Assembly (NCBI GenBank): GCA_000320545.1
Contig: ADNK01003454.1
Coordinates: forward strand, 1-64,000
Origin: Bigelowiella natans CCMP2755
Taxonomy: Eukaryota; Protista; Cercozoa
Length of the DNA: 64,000 nt
Direction: 5' to 3'
The position numbers and the translations under genes were made by a program. Positions within the stretch are counted from its first letter, which is position 1; every line of letters begins with the position of its first letter. Shown in pieces: positions 54,167 to 64,000 of the stretch. Under the pieces are notes generated by a model, which worked only from the letters and a program-made list of their open reading frames with translations, ran no database searches and was not told where the DNA came from.

Positions 54167-54613
54167 ATAAAATGATGAAAGTAAGTGTCATTGCTCTCTC
54201 CTCACAGGCCATGCTTCAACTGCACTACAATCACTGGAACGATGATCTATTTCAGGATCTTTACTCATATGCTACACATCGTCTGGTAATGACGACTAAA
54301 GTCCTCCTTCTCCTCCTCACTAATTAGCAATAGTACTAGTAGCAGTATTAGTAGCTCGATGATGTTTATTTAGTGATTATGATATGTGATCTAATTGTTG
54401 GTGATGATGCATGTTCAGAGGCCTGAGAAGGAAAGAGGAGACTCCAATACTTACACTTTAATGTACAATACTAACAACATAATAATAATACTACCACGTC
54501 ACGTCAGTAGTGCAGCAATAAAAAGAGGAGAAGGAGAAGGAGGGGTAGTAGTAGATTTATCATCGTGAATATTAGTATAAAATAGATGCCGTCGTGAGTT
54601 GTCTTTCTCACTG

Positions 54614-54648
<35 letters not shown>

Positions 54649-54764
54649 GATGATGATGATGATGATGCTACTATTGATACTGCCTCTGGTAAAAGTGTTA
54701 TGTACATATCGTAGTATGTCAATCACCAGCAACAATGCTTAAGCACTACTAGCGCACACACGCA

Positions 54765-54800
<36 letters not shown>

Positions 54801-55808
54801 AATCTTTCCTCACCTCCCTAGCTCTCTATGATCTATCCTTCCATCCTCTAAGGCTCTGTGACTGCTTGAGAAGAAATAAGACTAAAGAGCTGTGGGATAC
54901 ATATGCAAAGATGATGACCCTCATGTGCGTATTAGTAGTAGAAATAGTAGTTGTAGTAGGTTTTAGTAGTACTTGTTTATGATCACAACGATAATGATGA
55001 TGATGACGATAATGGTGCTTGTGGTGGCAAAGGATGCCTACTAGTCTTTCTGTGACCCCAATGCTGCTGCTGCTGCTGCTTTAGGAAACTTCCAAGTGCT
55101 GTAATGTGGGGAAAATTGATAGAACACAGATGCAAACATAACCAGCATGAAGAAGCACTACACCTACTGGAGGAAATGCGAATTCATGAGGTAGTAGTAG
55201 TAGTAGTAGCAGCAGCAGCATATTAGAGCATTTTTGTTTTATTCATATGATGTTTTCTCTTATTTGTTCATTTGTCTCTCCTCCCATTCTCTTTATTTCT
55301 CCTCCCCCTCTCATCATCAGGTGCCTCCAACAAATGCTACACTTCAGCTATTAGCACGTGAAATATATACAAAAAATAGAACAAATCACTTGTATCCTTT
55401 TTGGATGGCATGTGGACGGTTATGTCTAGGAGGACTTAGAATACACACTGACCTCCTCAGGGTACTTACTTACTACTTTGTTTGCTGCTAAAAAGATAGT
55501 ACTGCTGAGTCTTTTACTTCATCGCTGCACAATGAATTACACGCACGCTCAAACACAACACATCGTCGTAGTCGTCATATACATTTTGCTGTTGTGATGA
55601 TCATATTGGTGTGTTCTTGTCCGTTTTTGCTACTTGTTCCCCCCCTCTTTGCCGTAATATAGTCGATGATCGATGCTGGATTAAGACTTGGTACTACCCA
55701 CTTACTTAATTACTTACTTACTTACTTACTTATGATTCTTCTCTCCCTCTCACTCTCCCTCTCCCTCCCTCCCACAAGAAAAGCACTGCTGCTGCTGCTG
55801 TCTACTTA

Positions 55809-55846
<38 letters not shown>

Positions 55847-56136
55847 TGCTTACTACTCGCATGTTAAATAATATAACTGGTGAGTCTATCCTCCTCTTGA
55901 AACACAAACACGTATTGGTTGGTGATAAATTGCACTTCATCGTTGTGTAGTATCATCCTTGAAAAGTAGTCGTATTACCACAAGAGCAGCAAGTATTATC
56001 TAAAATCCATCATAAATTATTCCCATCATGCATGCGTGCATACATGATTTCCATGACGAGTAGGGTTTGACGAGCAATCACAAATTCTTCTTGATTTCTA
56101 CAATGGAGACCTCCATGCTATAGCTAGCCGGTACTT

Positions 56137-56173
<37 letters not shown>

Positions 56174-56216
56174 GTGGTGCTGCTATTGCTGCTGCTGCAC
56201 CATGTGATCCTGTAGA

Positions 56217-56264
<48 letters not shown>

Positions 56265-57477
56265 TTGATAGAAAAGGCCAGCAAGAGTTACTAAGTACAT
56301 GATGGGATGGCTGAGTTGTAGATGTGCGTCATCAAAATGATGATGATGATAATGATGATGATGATGATCAGTACAATCACTGCTGTTGTTGTTGCTGCTG
56401 CTGCTACTACTACAACTAATTGGGAATGACGATGATGATACAATAACATCGTAATAGGTTCAGAATGGATGAAATAAGATCCAGCATCTATAATCAAGTA
56501 CTGCTACTAGTACTAGTTAGAACAACTAGTAGCACACTACTTTGAATACACCTCTAGAGAAGGAGGAGGCCTAGTTAGAACAACTAGTAGCACACTACTT
56601 TGAATACACCTCTAGAGAAGGAGGAGGCCCTGCTGTGTACATCATATTTTTCCTCTGGTCTCTCTCTCTCTCTCTCTCCCCCCCCCACCCCCCTCTTGCT
56701 ACCACACCCACACACACAAACATAGTATGGGTGTTTGTTTTATGCACCAACCACCGCTTATTCTATTACTACGGTTGATTAATATTGCTACTTACTGCTG
56801 TAGGAAAAAAGGAAGAGAGAAAGAAAATTTAATTTGGAGATAAAATATTCAGGAGCAGACACAGTAGAAGATGTACGTGTGAGTGTTGTTCTTGACGCCA
56901 ATAGGATTAGCTACTACTGCGACTCTAAATAGTATTAATATCTCACACTTAACCATCAAAGGATGTTAATTGTGATTCATAATTACCAACAATATATTCG
57001 TCCAAATTTCCTTGCGCGTATGCTGACTGTTGGTTGATGTAATTATCATGATAGAATGTGTATTGTAGTTGTTGTTGTAATAAATGACGCAAAGTAATGA
57101 AATTCTAGATCATCCAAAGAGCAGAGAGCTACTATGAACGGCCTCTCGCTAAGATACAGAAAAGGAACAAATCGCAGTTAATATCGGTGCCAAATGAGGT
57201 GTGTAGTACCATACATTTCTGCTTCCTCCCTTCTCCTCAGTGTCATCTTTTCTTTGATAAAGAGTTGTTCTATACCTTGTACAATATTTCCACTTCAATC
57301 TGTGATTACGTCATCGTTCAATGATTTGATCATCCTGTGCTCAAACTGCAAATAGATGCTGAAACCTAAAAATATGATGACTAATTACCTTCGATTCGCT
57401 CATCCTCCAGGTATGTTTGTTTGTCTCCTTCTCTTCTTCCTCTTCTTTGTCTACTACATCATTTTCATGAAAAGAAA

Positions 57478-57518
<41 letters not shown>

Positions 57519-57844
57519 CTTATGCCCATATAAAAATAAACATCTGCTTCAGGAATCGTAAGGACGAATGGAAGTATACAATTACCATCATCGTCATCAT
57601 CGATATCCCCAAACCATCCTCCAGGAGCGTTTTTTCGTAGACCGCAGCATCATCAGCATCAGCATCAGCATCAGCAACAACAACAAAGTCTCATGGAAAA
57701 TTATTATCGTCAGCTTCCAACACACATGTAAAATAATTGCATATAAGGGGGGGGGCGAGGGGAAGTACAGAGCGAACTTAGAGTAGTGTGTGTGTGTGTT
57801 TGTGTGTGTGTGTTTGCTTTGACTCCATTATTCCTTCATTTATT

Positions 57845-57884
<40 letters not shown>

Positions 57885-57963
57885 TTTGCTTTGTACTCTC
57901 CATTATTCCTTCATTTATTGGCCTCCCATTGCTACTCAATATTAGCTCTATCCCTCTCTCTTT

Positions 57964-58005
<42 letters not shown>

Positions 58006-58871
58006 TGATTTTAACTATTGGTTCATTATGATGATACATGTTCTTCAGGAATCCTCAAATCTACAATCTTCCCGCCGGTGCTTCTTCGTCGTCATACCTT
58101 GCAAATCAAAATCCAAATGCGTTTTTGCCCACACCCCACTATGTTCATCAAGTCATGGCTGCTCCTCCAAGGGGTACTAGTAGCAGTTGTAGACGTTGTA
58201 GTAGTAGTAGTTGTTGTTGTTGTTGTAGTAGTAAAGTCGAGAAGTATTATATTAGTAGCATGTTGCTCCTCCTCCATATCCGTATTTGTCCTTCATTCTA
58301 TCATTCTTAAATTGTTTTCTTGAAGCAATTCATCGTCGGTGTGTTGTGGGGGTTTTGCTGCTGTTTCATAACATCCCACCCCTTTTTGTTCTGTTTGCTG
58401 CTGTTTCCATTTGTATCTTCTCATCGATTGAAGTTACATCATACTACCTGGTATTATAACTACTACTGCTATAATGTGTTGTAGGTTCTTACGAGCCCTT
58501 GCCGGTGTCTCCAATCTTTGATTCTGGTTTCTCTGAAATGGCTCCTATTCCATACATCGTGAGTGATGAGAATGAAATCACAATGATGATGATGATGATG
58601 ATAGTACATTAGTAGTATGGAGGATGATATCAGTAATAATTGATGATAAAAGGGAAAAGGGTAATGAGAACGAATTGATGTGCTCTTTTCTACACAAACA
58701 ACAACTCATTTGTTTGTGGGTTGTTGTCATCATCATCAGCCTGAGAGCCGTAGTCTGCTCGAGGAAAGACCGTTGCCTCCAGAATGGAGTGAGCACGTGA
58801 GCGAGAAGGGAGGCACTGTCTATTACTACAATAAAATTACAAGACAATCCACTTGGACAAGGCCTGTCTAA
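48958..58871 (+). CDS. Large multi-exon protein with pentatricopeptide-repeat (PPR) motif(s) and a C-terminal WW domain; 5' structure uncertain
   Basis: Exon 55085-55190 plus 55321 onward gives LPSAVMWGKLIEHRCKHNQHEEALHLLEEMRIHEVPPT (PPR consensus), preceded by LCDCLRRNKTKELWDTYAKMMTL. Exons from 56803 splice in phase to the terminal RPLPPEWSEHVSEKGGTVYYYNKITRQSTWTRPV* (WW). Confidence 0.65.
56513..56628. repeat. Exact 58-bp tandem duplication in an intron
   Basis: ctagttagaacaactagtagcacactactttgaatacacctctagagaaggaggaggc occurs twice. Confidence 0.9.
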
Positions 58872-60044
58872 ATAAATTACCATAGAGCTGTTATCAGCAT
58901 TGCCTCTGTGCGGCGTGATTGCACTCTTCATAAGATGGAGGATTCCATCATGCACAGAAACTCGCTTATATTTCCTCTTGACCACCTGCAGAATTTATCC
59001 AAGTTTTGATCCGAGAATGTATCATGTTCGTAGAAAATAAGCTCTATCGTCGTATGTAGCATCGATGCATCCATCTATGCATAGGTGCAATGCATGATTT
59101 TCTATGATTTTGTGATTGTTCATTATTCTGTATATTATATTGCATATGATTGATGATTACTCACGCAAATACGCACAGTATGCCCGTGCAAACGATTCTG
59201 GCGACGACAAGCTACAAGCAATGTGCAATGTGTTCTAGTGTTTGTACGCTCATCTGGACATGTACGCACGCTGTCTCGTCAAGATACCCAGATAATCAAG
59301 CTTCTAGCTATGCAAGACGTGTGTGCATACGTACGCAAGATACGTCTACTAGTCTAGACACGCTTGCATATGCTAGCATGATCGCACGCAATCTAGCAAT
59401 AGTTATACATGATGCTGCTATGCCCATGGCTAGCAGATATTGCATTGCCGTAGCTCGTATGTACGTTTGCACATTTTGTTTGTTAGCGTCTATATCTAGA
59501 TATATGCCATTTGCTTTAGATCAGCTACATCCATAGAGACATGCTTTTTGTGCATGTAGAAGGACCGCTGCTGTTAAGCTCTATAGCTCACACAGGTAAG
59601 ACAGTTCAAGAGGTGTCACACACGTCGAAATTTAATGAGGATTTACGTTATTGTGCGCACGTGAATATGCAATGAACAACAATATAATATGGCAGCACAG
59701 ATAGATTGTGTAATAATCTGAAAAATAGTGCAACATCACGGTATGCTACGGTCGGTAGCAATAATATGCTCTAGATGCTGTCCGATAGCATTGTGCTGCT
59801 GCCTATAGATCACGTATGTGCATGGTGATACATGTCATTTAGTACATTATATTACTTAGTGTCATCATATGGCTAGCAGTAGTTACACATGCTGCCGCAG
59901 AGTCTATAGTAGAGTCTATTACAGTAGCTGTAGCGGTACTGATGGTGGCTACATTGCTCTTAATCGTGTTCTTATTGGTTTTGTAAAAAGCTAAAATATC
60001 ATCACCTCCATATTTCAACAAATATGCATGGGGATATGTTGCGT

Positions 60045-60754
60045 TCAATGCCGTGTTAATGCTGAGCTTCTTCGATGATATTCGTCCACTTCCTGATGAA
60101 AATCATACAATTATGGATGTCATCCAATAGATCTATAGGTTCATTTGAAAGTAGGCTCAACTACCTTTCTAAATCGTTCACGATCTAGAGAGGCCTTGGC
60201 CTCGAAGGGCTTTTATAATACAAAAGGCAAACAGCAATGCATATGCGATGATTTATTCGATAAAAATACAGGTGTAACTTTAAAAACAATCTTAGATAAA
60301 GTGTTTTCTAATCACCGCTTTTGCTTCTTCCGACATTATTCTCCACATAGCTCCAAGTTTTGCACCGATCTAGTCAATAGCCAAAAGCAGTCAAAACGAA
60401 GTTCAATTAAGAATGTTAGTAGCTTCACTGATAATTTTGAAACAACTATAAAATTGGTTTGTGTTGGCGAAAGAAAGCAGATGACTGGAAATCAATCACA
60501 TGCACAACAGTCGAAGACCTTGCCAAAAGGAAGATTAGGATGCTGCTGTTTAACGCGAGAGCGATGTTCTTTACAAAAAACCATATATGCGTTTGCTGCT
60601 TGTCGAGGAGCTCCTGGATCCTGAACATTGAAACCATTATATTTGGGGTGCTTAAAAGACAGACAGACAGACAAACACCGACGACTCTCATCATCCTTAC
60701 TGAAACTATTGTGCATGAAAAAACGGTAATCTTTGTTTTACTCTCTTCTCTCTC

Positions 60755-60807
<53 letters not shown>

Positions 60808-61283
60808 TTCTATGAGTGATAGTATGTGTGTGGGGCAGTTTGGGGCATGTATATCAATATTGTTTCATTTTCTTTTATTCTTGCCCGTTTTCTTTTAATT
60901 GGCCGATGATTATTGTTTTCGCTAGACTGTATTGGATCTGTGGAGATGTTCATGCCAGTCTGCATGTTAAAAATGAAATTTATATAGCTTCTAAGTATAT
61001 GATTTTTTGTACGACTAGATCCACTATAAGCGTATATGGCGTTTCGAAAATCATCTTATAACGTCAATACCTCACATTTCGGACAGGTAATGCATCTATA
61101 ACTCGAAGGCACTTTTAGCAGTTCACGGCAATTGATACAGTTCGTGTAGCAAAAGTCTAAAAAAGAAAAAGGAGAAGAAGAGGAAGAAGAAGAACCCCCC
61201 CCCTTTGCGTTAACATAACGGTAAATTATCGATCGCATATGATGCTGCTAGATGACTATGGCTATAATAATGATATACTTCAA

Positions 61284-61352
<69 letters not shown>

Positions 61353-61886
61353 CAGGATTCGTTTTCATACTTCTCTCGCACCTAGGCAAAACACAATAGC
61401 AATATGTTAATCTTTCTTTGTGATTCTATGTCTATGTGAGAATTACTGTTTTTTACCTTGGGCCTTGTAGTGTTTCATAAATGAAGAATGGTAATAACGA
61501 TCAATAACCAATGAGATGATAGAGGGTTGATTTCATGTGTAGAGTAAAACGATTAAATATTGAATGTGAATATTAAGAAGATACAATTATGTAACACGTC
61601 ATTTTGAGACATGAATGGTGTAGGTGACATTGGATATAGATTGCTGTGCTCGGATACCTTCGAATCAAGCCCATAAAATTTCCATAAAAAATGTATGCGA
61701 TTGTGAAAAGCTGCGAGGGTAAATCTTCTGGTTTTGTTCTCACCGAAGCTTGGCGCGGCAATGGGGACAATTTGTTATCGATGTGTTCAAAACAGTAGTA
61801 GTATTAGCGGTAGTAGATTTGGGCTTGCTTTTCGTTTTCTTTTCTTGCTTTTGAATTGTTGGAGTCCTTCGTTTCCGTGATTCCAT
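60045..61886 (-). CDS. HMG-box protein with two N-terminal LSD1-type C4 zinc fingers
   Basis: Spliced product MESRKRR...CPHCRAKLRYPSTAIYIQCPRCERSMKTNPDFCYTNCINCRELLKVPSSYRCITCPKCETGM...KRKRDPGAPRQAANAYMVFCKEHRSRVKQQHPNLPFGKIGAKLGAMWRIMSEEAKAPFEAKASLDRERFRKEVDEYHRRSSALTRH*. Confidence 0.88.
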
Positions 61887-62457
61887 CACAAGTCCTGGGA
61901 GGAGGAAGGTGGTTGGTAGGAGTGCACGTGCTTCCGTATTTACATAACATGCATGCAAGCACGCATACAAGCACATATGGACCCATAATTGCGCTGCTTT
62001 AAACAAGAATCACCTAGAATTTTGCAACATATCAATTACATCTACATGACGCAGAAGGTAGTCATCCTTATCTTCACAGTTTTCGTAATCTAGAGAGAGC
62101 CAAAGAGAGATCTGACCATTTTTGTGCTTTACTGACAAACACTCATGAATACCAACACATCGTCAATCATCGAAGTGCCTTTTGATACTGCGACCAGGTA
62201 AAAAAGAAATAATGCAGTAAAAATGCATTCTTGAACCTGAAAGAATGAGTTTGTAAGGAGAGACAAGACGTTTTAGTTGTCGCAGTTGGGAATCGTGTAT
62301 CATCATAATCCTGCGCCCCTGTAGCGTGGTCGAAATCGGAATATCGAATCACTGATCATCATCGATTGGGTGGGGGGACACAGCAGCCGCTCGACCGTTA
62401 ATACTATCATTTGGAAAAAGCACCAAATTACATACTGTATTCGAAGGAAGAATTATA

Positions 62458-63583
62458 ATGCTCAGTTCGGGCAAGGGTTCAAACAAGAAGAGAAATAGCA
62501 ATTCTACCAATGTTGCGGTTGCATGCCTCGGATACATGATATGCTCGTCTCTTATGCTAATCGCCAACAAGGTATTTAGTTTTAAATTCTGCACCCCTAA
62601 TGTTAGTGGTGTTAATGAGTGTTCTCTACTACTACTAATGAACACTTCTTACATGCCCTCCTCCTCCTCTTTGTATGTAAATGTAGCTGGCAGTGAACTT
62701 CTTCCCCGCTCCTGGAATTGTGTTGATTCTTCAGCTCGGAGTTACTGCATTGGTTGTTAAGTTGTCGGGGTATCTACTACATTTTAAAATCGTAATTAGA
62801 ATTTTCTAGTGTAGAGTTCAAAGCGTCTAATCACAAGATAATAATAATACGCATAAATCAGGATTGCAGGCCTGATTGAAGTCGATGATCTTGAGTGGTC
62901 TAAGGTCATAGTCGTAACCTCCCTTTAAAACTACAACAAGGACTACTACTAGTCTACTACCACTACGGATGATCTAGCTACTTATTGGCATGGCATGCAT
63001 CTCTTAGGTTTTTGTTGTTGATGATATGTAGAGTGTGATAACTTCTTATGGTGGATCACTACTAGGTTAAACCGTACATGTTGGTAGCGGTAGCGTTCTT
63101 ATCGACAATCTACACCAATATCAAAACGCTTCAATATGCGAACGTGGAGACATTTATTGTGTTCAGATCCTCAACTCCAATCTTGGGTTTGTAATTTTGA
63201 AGCTGCTGCTTGGAATTATGTCGAATATTTTGTGATGTTACTCCTTCAATATCTCCCCTTTATTACTTGTATCTTGAGAGAAATGTGCCGCCATTATTCT
63301 GTTTCCTTGTTCTTGCGACCAATGACTGAAAGAATGTTTAATGTGCTACTACTAAATACTGGTGCTGCATATAATTCGTGAATACTAATGTCGTTAGTCT
63401 CCGTGGCAGACTGGATGTTCCTTGGTCGAGAGTTGCCTTCTATGCAGTCATCAGTTTGTCTCGGGGGGCTACTTCTTGGAGCAATTGGCTACGTCTTATC
63501 GGATACAAAACCCGAAGTAATGATCAATAACGATAACACCCATTGGGAGGATAAACTATATCATAACTTATCTTTCCCTTCGC

Positions 63584-63628
<45 letters not shown>

Positions 63629-64000
63629 AGATCACATGCTAACCATCTATGTAGGTAAATGGATACGCTTGGGTAGTCGTGTGGTATGCTGTATTCTGTT
63701 TTGATCAGGTATATGGTAATATGGAAATGTGTTACAGAAGAGAAGCACTTACTCCCTACATTATATTGCCAGATATACCTCAAGCATGCTGCAGACAACG
63801 TGAAAATGAGAAGCAATTGGGGAAAAGTAATAACTGTGATTTAAGAAATAATAAAGAAAGAAAACGAGAGAGACTTTGGCAGTTTTCTTGAATTGTAGTG
63901 GTTAATTTATAATTGATTGATGATGTTAGTGAATAATACCACACACACACCTCCTAGGTCTATTACTCAAATTTACTTGCCTGTGCTCCTCTTACTCTTA
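62458..64000 (+). CDS. Golgi GDP-sugar transporter (GONST3/4, GFT1-like nucleotide-sugar transporter); continues off the right edge
   Basis: GYMICSSLMLIANK / LAVNFFPAPGIVLILQL / ...EVDDLEWSK / VKPYMLVAVAFLSTIYTNIKTLQYANVETFIVFRSSTPIL / VSVADWMFLGRELPS... / GYAWVVVWYAVFCFDQ / IYLKH...SNWGK / VYYSNLLA. Confidence 0.9.

Larger units (their letters stand above)
1..64000. repeat. Very dense microsatellites, (TA)n, (CA)n, (GA)n, (TAC)n, (CAT)n, (TAA)n and (CAG)n, mostly intronic
   Basis: Examples: (TA)n at 7225-7273 and 31099-31168, (GA)n at 8292-8331, (CAC/CAG)n at 162-286. Confidence 0.95.

Overview
Intron-rich, AT-rich, microsatellite-laden eukaryotic nuclear DNA. N-terminal signal-peptide plus transit-peptide-like leaders suggest an alga with a complex plastid, possibly a chlorarachniophyte (inference). 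About 13 spliced protein genes can be reconstructed by hand. They include a 16-exon mitochondrion-targeted bacterial-type aconitase B, an Stf0-like sulfotransferase, a secreted thioredoxin-fold protein, a PPR+WW protein, an LSD1-zinc-finger+HMG-box protein, a GONST/GFT-type nucleotide-sugar transporter and a SANT+Tudor-like protein with a bipartite leader. The most striking signal lies between the genes. Transposon-derived or repeat-rich islands (about 14.2-15.0 kb, 38.0-39.8 kb and 47.5-48.7 kb, with partially affected zones at 27.7-28.2, 33.2-34.6 and 59.0-59.8 kb) have lost almost every TpA dinucleotide. Paralogous copies inside the window show TA replaced by TG or CA on both strands, while CTAG is spared and locally amplified. 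This looks like a repeat-targeted A-to-G (TpA) DNA hypermutation system, the mirror image of fungal RIP. Its novelty cannot be confirmed without literature and genome-wide checks. All counts were made by hand.
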